DNA from: Nostoc punctiforme PCC 73102 | GTDB taxonomy: Bacteria > Cyanobacteriota > Cyanobacteriia > Cyanobacteriales > Nostocaceae | Assembly: GCF_000020025.1 (NCBI RefSeq) | Contig: NC_010628.1 | Location: 360,001-392,000, forward strand | Direction: 5' to 3' | Length of the DNA stretch: 32,000 bases | Shown here: piece by piece, positions 8,686-17,787 of the stretch | Position numbering within the stretch: the stretch's first letter is position 1 | How the letters are laid out: the number at the start of each line of letters is the position of its first letter | The notes under the pieces: generated by a model | Database searches by the model: none | Told to the model about the DNA's origin: nothing | The model's input: the letters and a program-made list of their open reading frames with translations, nothing else | Translations under genes and position numbers: made by a program

Positions 8686-8783
8686 CAAAGCGATGTCTAG
8701 GACGGGCTATGAAACTCTTTACGAGACGCTGTGCGTAGCTTGCTTCTTTTCAGGAGAACGAATACTCGCTATCGGTGTCGCTT
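8686..8783. repeat. MITE-like dispersed repeat, copy 1 (CAAAGCGATG ... ACTCGCTA ... GTCGC)
   Basis: Shares its 5' decamer CAAAGCGATG and the 3' ACTCGCTA/GTCGC blocks with 20347..20460. Boundaries are approximate. Confidence 0.5.
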
Positions 8784-8984
8784 AATTTTTTATCAATAAA
8801 GAAGTCTTAATGAGATTGCTTAAGCTTTATTGAGAATAAATTAGTTTTGTTGATATTATGCGTTGCCTTGAGTAAGTTGGTGAAAATAAACTTGAACATT
8901 GCCAAACCAGTACGTTGCTAGAGTTGTTTAGACAATATGGCTTCAGCTTACAGGTTAGACTCACAGCAGCGAGGAACATTGCTC

Positions 8985-9431
8985 TTAGGTTGATTGACGC
9001 TCTAGGCTAACTTCCATTGTGTTAGTTAAAAAATGACCAGCCAAGATACCACTACTTAGGTAATATCTATCTTCGGAAATCCGGTGTAGAGTTTCAAAGC
9101 CACTACGACGCTGACGATCGCCTATTACCCAGTAACGCTGCACAATAGTATCTAGACCAATCCAGCCTTCACCTTCAACCTGCCCCAAAATATTATGTTG
9201 TAGTAAAAAAGTATACTGACGCTCTCCCTCATGCAGTCGTCCTTTGTATTGTAGAGAGATTTCTGAGCGATCACTACCAGGAAATATCAGCTTTGTAGCC
9301 ATAGTGAACCAGTTATCTCGATTCCAAGCTACCAAGGTCATACCCTTGACGCTGATTGGCATACCATTTCGTTCCAGCCAATTTCCTTGCATTGCCCAGC
9401 GTCCTGGTTCCAATAAAAAAGTATGAGCCAC
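8985..9431 (-). CDS. hypothetical protein, beta-rich, no recognised family
   Basis: 148-aa ORF with non-repetitive, Trp/Gly-punctuated composition. The overlapping + ORF 9244..9426 is poorer. GTG start at 9431; an alternative ATG lies at 9392. Confidence 0.55.
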   Translation of the reverse strand: MAHTFLLEPGRWAMQGNWLERNGMPISVKGMTLVAWNRDNWFTMATKLIFPGSDRSEISLQYKGRLHEGERQYTFLLQHNILGQVEGEGWIGLDTIVQRYWVIGDRQRRSGFETLHRISEDRYYLSSGILAGHFLTNTMEVSLERQST

Positions 9432-9481
9432 CTTATATATTCCCTGTCTTGATCGAGTACCGCCAAGATTACAGTTATAGC

Positions 9482-9549
9482 AGTGCTGTTAGCGTTAGTG
9501 GGGCGTTTAGCCCGTTACGTTAGCGATAGAGGGGCGTTTAGTCCGTGCT
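9482..9549. repeat. dispersed repeat with an internal 31-bp tandem duplication (GTTAGCGnTAGnGGGGCGTTTAGnCCGT x2)
   Basis: The two units start at 9488 and 9519. The leading 13-mer AGTGCTGTTAGCG is identical at 17076..17088. Confidence 0.7.
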
Positions 9550-9593
9550 GAGTGAATATATGAAGAAATTTTTTATTGTTCCTGTTTCAGAAC

Positions 9594-10823
9594 TTAGGAC
9601 TGACTTTGGTGAATTTCTCCCAAAAGCACTTCTCGAGGTGCCCCAGTAGCAGTAGGTAGATTGCCAGGAATGCCCAAATGTCGCCAGTAGCCTAAAACTG
9701 CAAAAGCGATCGCTTCTTTAAAATCTGCATTTAACCCAACTTCATCTGTAGCCAATACTGGGATTGATGTCAACAATAATTCTAATCGACGTTTCAAATA
9801 GAGATTGCGACTACCACCACCACATAATAGTACCCGTTGTGGCATTTCTGGCAGAAAAGTGCGGTAACTATGAACAATTGAAGCAGCTGTCAGTTCCGTT
9901 AGAGTTGCCAGTATATCAGCAGCATTGAGTTGGTATTCTTGAGCATCTTTTAAAGACTGATGTAGATAAGTCACACCAAATAACTCTCGACCAGTAGATT
10001 TAGGCGGTGGCAAATGAAAGTAATCTTGGTTGAGCCATTGTTCTACCAAAGGATGGCAAGGAGTACCACTTGCTGCCCAATTGCCATTTTCATCGTAAGT
10101 TTTAGCACCAGCGCTTAAATGCTCCACTGCCAGATCCAACAGACTATTTCCTGGGCCAGTATCCCAAGCGCGAATTTTTGAGAGCCAATCGCCATGCCGA
10201 GGCGGAATATAAGCTACATTACCAATGCCACCAATGTTTTGAATACAGCGCCCTTCTTCAGGATGACTGAGCAAATAGGCATCTACTCTGGGCACGAGAG
10301 GCGCACCATGACCACCAATAGCAATATCAGCAACGCGGAAGTTGCTCACAGTTGTAATGCCTGTAAGATAGGCAATTAATTCGCCCCGCCCTAGTTGGAG
10401 ACTATAACCCAAACGAGTGCTAAGTGCTGAATGAGGAGTGAGCATTTCTCTCCCTCTGCTCCTCTGCTCCCCTGCTCCTTCTTTGGGTGGTCGATGATAA
10501 ACTGTCTGACCGTGAGAGCCAATGAGAGTAGCTGGCTGATGACCAATTTGAATATTTTGGGCGGCTTGGGCGAAGACTTGGGCGATCGCATCATCTATTT
10601 CTGCCAATTCTTCCATTGAGATGGCAACGCCTGCACCAACCGCCAGTATTTTTTCTCTGAGTTCAGATGGATAAGGATATGTTTTCCCGGCTAGTAACTC
10701 AACTTTAAGATCCAATTCTGTACCGGAAATCTCTATCAACACAGCATCTATGCCATCTACAGATGTGCCACTAATTAAACCGATAACGCGAGTAGAGACA
10801 GCAGCTTTTTCAGTCGGATGCAT
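9594..10823 (-). CDS. anmK: anhydro-N-acetylmuramic acid kinase
   Basis: [13 protein letters not shown]-terminus, [42 protein letters not shown]. Collinear with E. coli AnmK except for an extra segment after HGQTVYHRP. Confidence 0.9.
   Translation of the reverse strand: MHPTEKAAVSTRVIGLISGTSVDGIDAVLIEISGTELDLKVELLAGKTYPYPSELREKILAVGAGVAISMEELAEIDDAIAQVFAQAAQNIQIGHQPATLIGSHGQTVYHRPPKEGAGEQRSRGREMLTPHSALSTRLGYSLQLGRGELIAYLTGITTVSNFRVADIAIGGHGAPLVPRVDAYLLSHPEEGRCIQNIGGIGNVAYIPPRHGDWLSKIRAWDTGPGNSLLDLAVEHLSAGAKTYDENGNWAASGTPCHPLVEQWLNQDYFHLPPPKSTGRELFGVTYLHQSLKDAQEYQLNAADILATLTELTAASIVHSYRTFLPEMPQRVLLCGGGSRNLYLKRRLELLLTSIPVLATDEVGLNADFKEAIAFAVLGYWRHLGIPGNLPTATGAPREVLLGEIHQSQS
10448..10479. repeat. 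4 x 8-mer tandem repeat (CTGCTCCY on +, GGAGCAG core on the coding strand) inside anmK
   Basis: ctctccct ctgctcct ctgctccc ctgctcct. Encodes part of [13 protein letters not shown]. Confidence 0.85.
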
Positions 10824-11030
10824 TGTTCAAGATTCTTTTTTTGATTGCAAGAGGTAGTTTAATTCATGCTACTACCCATGTCAAAAGAAGTAAGGTGGCA
10901 TAGTTGATTGGAAAAAGACGAATTTTGGCAAAAAGGCTGAGAGGCAGTCGATAGCTAACCGTCAAAGAACGTCGTATTGCCTTGAAGTAAAAATATTAAT
11001 TTTGAAATTACAGCAATTCCAGAGTTATGA

Positions 11031-11246
11031 AATGTATTAGAACTATCTAGATGTATTGCGAAAATTGATGTAGTCGGTTCTCATAAAAACATTATGAAGT
11101 TAATCACACAGCAAAATGCAGATTATGTAATTACCTTAAAGAAGAACCAAGGTAATCTTGATTGTGAGGTCAAAAAACTATTCAGCAAAGGCATAAGCAC
11201 GGAGTTTCAAGTGTTATGTATAGCAAAATGCCTCATATCTTCTTAA
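11031..11246 (+). pseudogene. remnant of an ISAs1/IS4-like DDE transposase (internal fragment only)
   Basis: The translation IAKIDVVGSHKNIMKLITQQNADYVITLKKNQGNLDCEVKKLF resembles the conserved ISAs1 block (..IDAMGCQK.IA..I...G.DY..A.KGNQ..L...V). The frame is closed by TGA at 11028 and has no start codon or N-terminal part. Confidence 0.5.
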
Positions 11247-11535
11247 TCTCAAACCCTAAAAATATAAACCGCCTGCGAATCAAAAAATGGCACTTTTTAT
11301 AAATAAAGCTTGTTTACAATTTTGCACTGATAACTTCGCATCTTCTACATAAAGCTATAGACATCGCACAACATAATATCAGTGATTATCCTCTAAATGA
11401 AATCCAAGAACCTGCATTTCCATCTGGGTATAGTCAAATCAAAAAAGTAGTAATCCCTCTGATGTTGGAATCTAGAAGTACATCACATAATGAGGCTATG
11501 AACACGAAAGATTAAAAAATAAAAGGGATTGTAAA

Positions 11536-12339
11536 ATGAAAAATCTTTTAATTAAGTCCGCGATCGCTTCTGGTGTTGTTTTGTCCTTAGCTACTGTTAG
11601 TCGTCCTGTAATGGCTGCGTCTTTTGCGGTATCAATAGAAAATGCAGGCGTACAAAATGCACAATTATCAAATCTTGTTAATGCCCATGTAGACACTTTT
11701 GATTCAGAAACACAAGGCTACAGTGCAACAGGATTTCAATGGAATGACGGAACAAAAAATATTGGTAGCTATCAAAATACTCTGGTCATGAATGCAGAGC
11801 AATATGGTGGTGCTGGTGGAACAGGCAAGTATTTTGATGTAGACACGAATAGATCGGGTAATGGTCAAAAAGTTTCCACCCTTAATTTGGCAACCCCACA
11901 AAGTTACTTTGGTTTTTGGTGGTCGGCAGGAGATAGTAGCAATGTACTTACATTTCTTTCACAAGGTCAGGTTGTCTATTCTATGACCACCGCTGACGTG
12001 GTTAACTATATCGCAAAACTACCAAATAAAACCAGCTACTACGGTAATCCTAATTCGACATTCAAAAACCAGGATTCTGGAGAACCCTTTGCATTCATCA
12101 ACTTCTACGATGTTGGTGGAACTTTTGATCAAGTTCAATTCACCAATATTGGTGGAACTGGTTTTGAATCAGATAATCACACTGTCGCTACTGGCTACAA
12201 TAGTATCAACGGTAATATAGTGACTACAGCAGTTCCTGAGTCTTCTTCTCTATTAGGAGTTTTTGCGATTGGTTTTGTGGGTGCTGCTTCAGTTATGACT
12301 CGTCGAGTCAAGAAAAAGTCAGTTTTGCAATTATCATAA
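11536..12339 (+). CDS. PEP-CTERM sorting-domain surface protein (exosortase-dependent)
   Basis: N-terminal signal peptide (MKNLLIKSAIASGVVLSLATVSRPVMA). C-terminal VPESSSLLGVFAIGFVGAASVMTRRVKKK gives the PEP-like motif, a TM helix and a basic cluster. Confidence 0.8.
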   Translation: MKNLLIKSAIASGVVLSLATVSRPVMAASFAVSIENAGVQNAQLSNLVNAHVDTFDSETQGYSATGFQWNDGTKNIGSYQNTLVMNAEQYGGAGGTGKYFDVDTNRSGNGQKVSTLNLATPQSYFGFWWSAGDSSNVLTFLSQGQVVYSMTTADVVNYIAKLPNKTSYYGNPNSTFKNQDSGEPFAFINFYDVGGTFDQVQFTNIGGTGFESDNHTVATGYNSINGNIVTTAVPESSSLLGVFAIGFVGAASVMTRRVKKKSVLQLS

Positions 12340-12599
12340 GTCTAGTGGCGTGCAAACAAGACAATTTCTAGCTCACATTAAGTATCTTCTGCACTTCTGA
12401 TGATAATTAAGAGAATGTCACTCTCAAGCGATCGCCACTTTAATAGCACTGCTTTAAAGCAATTTTATTAAAGACACCAATTCTAGCTCAGTAAGATTTG
12501 CCTGATTTTCTCTATGCCTTACTCCCAGGCTCCACCTCGCGTAGCGTGCCATAGGCAGGATTTCAGAAGTTCCAGCAAAAAGTTAACATTAAACACAAG

Positions 12600-12633
12600 T
12601 TAGGGTGAGCTTACTTAGGTAAACTCACCCTAA
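12600..12633 (+). terminator. strong hairpin (15-bp stem, one mismatch, TTAG loop) followed by TTGTTTTG
   Basis: ttagggtgagcttac-ttag-gtaaactcaccctaa, then a T-rich tail. Lies 261 nt past the PEP-CTERM gene stop. Confidence 0.5.
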
Positions 12634-12821
12634 TTGTTTTGCTATTCATTTTATGGGCAATCATTCTACAACACTTAGATAATGCCTAGATTGCCTTCTG
12701 CTTAGAGATATTGGCATTACCCAGCCTAAAAGCTTAACTTGGTATAGAACTGCTCCTAAAGCCTAAGTTTTAAGAATCGATATGATAGAAAAGTAGATAA
12801 AACTTAAAAAATATTTATCGA

Positions 12822-14237
12822 ATGGCGTTTCAATCATCTGGCTTGTCCAAGGTCAAAGACTCATTCACACAAAAAATCTTTTTGGGTAATGAACCCAATG
12901 CGGAGTTAATTGCAATTCTCACCGTTTACTTTGTCCAAGGAATTTTAGGGCTATCGCGTTTAGCCGTGAGCTTTTTCCTCAAAGATGAACTGTTGCTGAG
13001 TCCAGTCCAGGTGTCGGCGCTATTGGGAATTGTCTTCCTACCTTGGATGATCAAGCCGGTGTTTGGTTTTATCTCTGATGGCTTACCTATATTTGGTTAT
13101 CGTCGTCGTCCTTACTTAATTTTATCCGGGATACTGGGAACTGCTTCCTGGATGAGTTTAGCCACAATAGTTCATACTAGCTGGGCGGCTACGTTAGCGA
13201 TCGCTATTGGTTCTCTCTCCGTCGCCATGAGTGACGTGATAGTTGACTCGCTAGTTGTGGAACGTGCCAGAGGTGAATCCCAAGCAAAAGCTGGTTCACT
13301 ACAATCTGTATGCTGGGGTGCTTCTGCGATCGGAGGTTTAATAACAGCATACTTTAGCGGTCTGCTGCTTCAATACTTTACTACCCGTACTGTCTTTGGA
13401 ATTACCGCCTTATTCCCTCTCATTGTCTCAGGGGTAGCTTGGTTAATTGCTGAATCTCCCGTTAGCAAAGGTACTAATGAGAGTAATCAAACTAACCCTT
13501 TACCAATCAAACATCAACTGAAGCAACTACGCCAAGCTATTACCCAAAAAACAATTTGGCTACCAACAGCTTTTGTCTTCATCTGGCAAGCTACCCCAAA
13601 TGCTGAATCAGCCTTTTTCTACTTCTCTACCAACGAATTACACTTTGAACCAGAATTTTTAGGACGGGTAAACTTGGTAACAAGTTTCGCTTCTTTAGCA
13701 GGTGTTTGGATTTTTCAACGTTTCCTCAAAAGCATTCCTTTTCGCGTGATTTTTGCTTGGAGTACCGTCCTTTCTTCAATGTTAGGGATGACGATGCTGT
13801 TGTTAGTGACTCACACAAACCGGCTGTTGGGTATAGATGACCACTGGTTTAGTTTGGGCGATAGTCTTATTCTCACTGTGATGGGGAAAATTGCCTTTAT
13901 GCAAGTCATGGTTCTAGCAGCAAGGCTTTGTCCCTCTGGTGTGGAAGCAACGTTATTTGCCTTGTTGATGTCGGTATTTAATTCAGCAGGAACGGTTTCC
14001 CAAGCATTGGGGGCATTAATCACCTATTGGCTAGGGATCACTGCAACTAATTTTGAGTCACTTTGGCTATTGGTGATAATTACTAACCTTAGTACGCTGT
14101 TACCCCTACCATTTATCAACTGGCTACCTGCTGCTGAAGAGCAAGCTGAGACATCCAAAGATGGGGAACAAGCTTTCTTACCTGATTTGATGTCTGAGTT
14201 GGTACTGACAGAACCAGAGTCGGAAATAGTGGAATAG
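12822..14237 (+). CDS. folate/biopterin transporter (BT1) family MFS permease
   Basis: About 12 hydrophobic segments. The N-terminal block LAVSFFLKDEL..SP..V..L.G...LPWMIKPVFGFISDGLPIFGYRRRPYL is typical of BT1. Confidence 0.85.
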   Translation: MAFQSSGLSKVKDSFTQKIFLGNEPNAELIAILTVYFVQGILGLSRLAVSFFLKDELLLSPVQVSALLGIVFLPWMIKPVFGFISDGLPIFGYRRRPYLILSGILGTASWMSLATIVHTSWAATLAIAIGSLSVAMSDVIVDSLVVERARGESQAKAGSLQSVCWGASAIGGLITAYFSGLLLQYFTTRTVFGITALFPLIVSGVAWLIAESPVSKGTNESNQTNPLPIKHQLKQLRQAITQKTIWLPTAFVFIWQATPNAESAFFYFSTNELHFEPEFLGRVNLVTSFASLAGVWIFQRFLKSIPFRVIFAWSTVLSSMLGMTMLLLVTHTNRLLGIDDHWFSLGDSLILTVMGKIAFMQVMVLAARLCPSGVEATLFALLMSVFNSAGTVSQALGALITYWLGITATNFESLWLLVIITNLSTLLPLPFINWLPAAEEQAETSKDGEQAFLPDLMSELVLTEPESEIVE

Positions 14238-14276
14238 TGTAATAAATCCAAAGTCGAGTCAGTACGCTGCCTCCCT

Positions 14277-14307
14277 GTTGCAACCTTGCTGCAACGGAAT
14301 TCTTTTT
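14277..14307 (+). terminator. weak candidate terminator after the transporter gene
   Basis: GTTGCA-7 nt-TGCAAC stem, followed 7 nt later by TTTTT. Short stem. Confidence 0.3.
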
Positions 14308-14353
14308 AGCTGCTACATATTTTCGTACAAGATAACAATAAAAAACAAAGCTT

Positions 14354-15850
14354 ATGCATTTGAAAAGTCAAGAAAGCCCGGTTACAGAAAAATCTTATAC
14401 TCGTGCAGATTGGCAAGGTGGGTATCAATCTCTCACCCAAGAATTTGATTATTGGATTGATGATATAGAAGGGCAAATTCCCAGAGAATTAGAAGGCACG
14501 CTGTTTAGAAATGGCCCCGGTTTGCTGGATGTGAATGGACAATTTCTTCATCACCCGTTTGATGGAGATGGGATGATTAGCAAAATAACCTTTACCAACG
14601 GTCGTGCCCATTTTCGCAACCGCTTTGTTCGTACAACTGGCTATTTGGCAGAACAAAAAGCGGGAAAAATTCTTTATCGAGGTACTTTTGGTACTCAAAA
14701 ACCTGGTGGTTGGCGAGTTAATATTTTTGACTTCAAACTCAAAAATATCGCTAATACAAATGTTATCTATTGGGGTGGTAAACTGCTAGCATTGTGGGAA
14801 GCTTCTGAAGCATATTGCCTCGATCCCTACACTCTTGAAACTTTGGGTAATGAATATTTTAATGGTGCTTTGTCAGCAGGTGAAGCTTTCGCTGCTCATC
14901 CGCGCTTGCAAAGGAATTGTGAACAAGATGGGGGCGAACCTCGCCTAGTAAATTTCTCGATTAAGCCAGGATTATCTACCACCATTACTATTTTCGAGCT
15001 AAACTTAGCGGGTGAAATTGTTAGACAGCAAGCTCATAAGGTTCCCGACTTCTGTTTCATTCACGATTTTGTTATTACTCCCAACTACTGCATCTTCTTT
15101 CAAAATCCTGTCACATTTAATCCCATACCTTTTGCCTTAGGAATACGTGCGGCAGGAGAATGTATCAAATTTCAACCAAATCAACCGACAAAAATTATAA
15201 TTATTCCCCGTTTTCCCAAAGAAGGGCAAGAAGAGATAAAATTTCTGGAAACTCAGTCGGGTTTCGTTTTCCACCACGTTAATGCTTTTGAGGTAGGAGA
15301 GGAAGTTCTGATTGATTCTATTTGCTACCAAGATTTACCAGAAGTGGAGCCTAAAAGCGATTTTCGACAAGTTGATTTTGAAGCTTCTTCACCTGGGCAA
15401 CTTTGGCGATTTTATCTAAATCTCAAGAATGGGACAGTCCAGCGAGAATTGATTGATAGTCGCTGTTGCGAATTTCCCAGCATCGATCCGGCGAATGTGG
15501 GACACCCTTATCGATATCTATATATAGGTGCGGCTCATGCAGAGAGTGGTAATGCTCCCTTACAAGCATTGCTGAAAATTGATTTACACTCTGGAGAAAA
15601 ACAGTTTTGGAGTGCTGCACCCCGTGGTTTTGTGGGTGAACCGATTTTTGTCCCGCGCCCAGATTCTGAAAAGGAAGATGATGGTTGGGTATTAGCTTTA
15701 GTTTATAATGCTGCCCATCACCGCTCAGATTTAGTAATTTTGGATGCTAGTGATTTCTCTAAAGGAACAATCGCACGCCTACATCTTAAGCATCATATCC
15801 CGTATGGTCTACATGGGAGTTTTACTTCTGAAGTTTTTGGGGAAATTTGA
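14354..15850 (+). CDS. carotenoid/apocarotenoid cleavage oxygenase (CCD/ACO, RPE65 family)
   Basis: Family-typical blocks: LFRNGPGL, HPFDGDGMI, NTNVIYWGGKLLALWE, FAAHP, IHDF, HHVNAFE, FVGEPIFVP. Conserved His positions are present. Confidence 0.9.
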   Translation: MHLKSQESPVTEKSYTRADWQGGYQSLTQEFDYWIDDIEGQIPRELEGTLFRNGPGLLDVNGQFLHHPFDGDGMISKITFTNGRAHFRNRFVRTTGYLAEQKAGKILYRGTFGTQKPGGWRVNIFDFKLKNIANTNVIYWGGKLLALWEASEAYCLDPYTLETLGNEYFNGALSAGEAFAAHPRLQRNCEQDGGEPRLVNFSIKPGLSTTITIFELNLAGEIVRQQAHKVPDFCFIHDFVITPNYCIFFQNPVTFNPIPFALGIRAAGECIKFQPNQPTKIIIIPRFPKEGQEEIKFLETQSGFVFHHVNAFEVGEEVLIDSICYQDLPEVEPKSDFRQVDFEASSPGQLWRFYLNLKNGTVQRELIDSRCCEFPSIDPANVGHPYRYLYIGAAHAESGNAPLQALLKIDLHSGEKQFWSAAPRGFVGEPIFVPRPDSEKEDDGWVLALVYNAAHHRSDLVILDASDFSKGTIARLHLKHHIPYGLHGSFTSEVFGEI

Positions 15851-15854
15851 TCTC

Positions 15855-17009
15855 TTATTTGGATAAAACCATTTTTTCGCTGGCAATGATATGCAAATCG
15901 ATATTTTTGAGCAAGCGCACCAATTTTTGCGTCAAAGATCCTTTGAGGAGCATTTGCCAGCGCGATCGCTGACTCTCTCCAATTACAATTTGGGTAATCC
16001 GATATTTCTCGGCGACTTCGGCGATCGCATTAGCTACGTTACTGTTAGTAACACGAAGAAAAGTACCTTCAAATTCGTTACAGAGTTTCTCACAAGTGTG
16101 GATGTGTAGGCTTTCCTCCTTAGTGAGGAACCGTTCTGGATCGGCAACAAACAAAGTATAAAGCGGGGCATTCATGTAGCTAGCTAACCTCGCACCCCGG
16201 CGTAACAACTGTACTGAGTTGGGATAGGTCGATATGCACACCAAAACGCGCTCATGAATATTACAGGATTGTCCATTGGGGGTAGTAGCGATCGCATTTT
16301 CTTCTACGTTGTCTGCGACTTCGCGTAAAGCTAACTCCCGCAAAGCAATCAGGTTACGGCGTTGGAAAAAATTATCGAGGGATTGCTGGATTTTTTGGGG
16401 TGCGTAAATCTTGCCTTCTAATAACCGTTCTTGCAGTGTTTCCGGCGTGACATCCACTACCACTATTTCATCAGCTTCATCCAGAATTCTATCAGGAACT
16501 CGCTCACGGACTACAACCCCAGTAATTCTAGCTACTAAGTCATTAAGACTTTCCAAATGTTGCACATTCATTGTGGAGTAGACATCAATACCTGCCGCCA
16601 AAACTACTTCTACATCTTCGTAGCGTTTTTCGCGTGGGGAACCAGGGACGTTGGTATGGGCAAGTTCATCGATTAAGGCTAATTGGGGCGATCGTTTTAA
16701 AATAGCATCTGTATCCATGTCCGTTAGCATCAACTCACCGCGAGGATATTGCTTACGGGGTAAAATCTCCAGTCCCTCTGCCTTTTCCTCCGTATCTTTG
16801 CGTCCGTGAGTTTCCAAAAGCCCAACGATTACATCAATTCCTTCTTGTTTAAGTGCGTGTCCCTCTTCTAGCATCCGGTAGGTTTTCCCTACTCCAGGAG
16901 CCATACCAATAAATATTTTATGTTTACCCCGCCGTCGTACCGGATAAAGCGAGTAACTTCCAGAATTTAAAGGTGCAGTGCCATTCGAACCAGTATTATT
17001 ATCTGACAT
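15855..17009 (-). CDS. kdpD: truncated KdpD: N-terminal KdpD domain plus Usp-like domain only, with no membrane or transmitter part
   Basis: KIFIGMAPGVGKTYRML Walker-A-like motif, ELAHTN, and a Usp-like C-terminal half. The ORF ends at 384 aa. Last gene of the kdp operon. Confidence 0.9.
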   Translation of the reverse strand: MSDNNTGSNGTAPLNSGSYSLYPVRRRGKHKIFIGMAPGVGKTYRMLEEGHALKQEGIDVIVGLLETHGRKDTEEKAEGLEILPRKQYPRGELMLTDMDTDAILKRSPQLALIDELAHTNVPGSPREKRYEDVEVVLAAGIDVYSTMNVQHLESLNDLVARITGVVVRERVPDRILDEADEIVVVDVTPETLQERLLEGKIYAPQKIQQSLDNFFQRRNLIALRELALREVADNVEENAIATTPNGQSCNIHERVLVCISTYPNSVQLLRRGARLASYMNAPLYTLFVADPERFLTKEESLHIHTCEKLCNEFEGTFLRVTNSNVANAIAEVAEKYRITQIVIGESQRSRWQMLLKGSLTQKLVRLLKNIDLHIIASEKMVLSK

Positions 17010-17075
17010 TTCATTCTTAGTTTCTATCGCAATCCTATCTCATCGGAAAACAGCGCTTTATCTATGTCCCTTATA

Positions 17076-17120
17076 AGTGCTGTTAGCGGATAGCTAGCTA
17101 GGGTTGAGTGCGTGAATAGT
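17076..17120. repeat. second, shorter copy of the AGTGCTGTTAGCG...TGAGTG..GAATA repeat family
   Basis: 13-mer identical to 9482..9494 and a similar 3' end (TGAGTGCGTGAATAG versus TGAGTGAATAT). Confidence 0.6.
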
Positions 17121-17137
17121 AAATCTAACTTGTTGTG

Positions 17138-17186
17138 CCCAATTCCCAATTCCCAATGCCCCATGCCCAATGCCCAATTCCCATTT
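17138..17186. repeat. 7 x heptamer STRR-type array (CCCAATT/CCCAATG/CCCCATG)
   Basis: Read directly from the sequence. The last unit overlaps the kdpC stop codon (17185-17187). Confidence 0.9.
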
Positions 17187-17787
17187 ATTGATTTTGCTGA
17201 CGATTAATATCTTGCAAGTCAAGAGCATAATTCAATCGGAGAACATTGACTCCCGGCTCACCAAAAATCCATAAAAATCTGCCATCGGTATACTTGTTAA
17301 TTAAACGTAGGATCTCATCTTCTTTGACTCCGCGGGCACCAGCAACCCGCGTCAATTGCTGCCGTGCTGCTTTGAAGGAAATATGCGGATCTAAACCAGA
17401 ACCAGAGGTATAAATCATATCAGCGATCGGTTGAAGATTTTCATCTCGCAATTGATTTGCCTCTTCTAGAATCCGCTTTAGTAGCTCTGGATTACTAGCA
17501 GCGAGATTGCTGGCTCCGGATATGCCAGTTGGCTTGGCTTTTTTTCCTTGGCTATATCTAACAGTACTGGGACGAGGATGGAAATATCGCTCGGATGTGA
17601 ATAGTTGACCAATCAAAGCTGAACCAATTGGTTCATTATTTAGATTCAGCATAATACTACCATTCGCTTGATAGGGCAAAAAAACTTGACCCACTACAAG
17701 GATGATTAGAGGATAGATGATTGCAGTCAACAACCAAAGCATTAGAGTTATAAAAATTGCTCTGATAGTTTCTCGAATAATAGCCAT
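17185..17787 (-). CDS. kdpC: K+-transporting ATPase subunit C
   Basis: N-terminal TM anchor followed by YPLI..VGQ.....QANGS, SGSGLDPHIS and a typical KdpC length of 200 aa. Confidence 0.9.
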   Translation of the reverse strand: MAIIRETIRAIFITLMLWLLTAIIYPLIILVVGQVFLPYQANGSIMLNLNNEPIGSALIGQLFTSERYFHPRPSTVRYSQGKKAKPTGISGASNLAASNPELLKRILEEANQLRDENLQPIADMIYTSGSGLDPHISFKAARQQLTRVAGARGVKEDEILRLINKYTDGRFLWIFGEPGVNVLRLNYALDLQDINRQQNQ

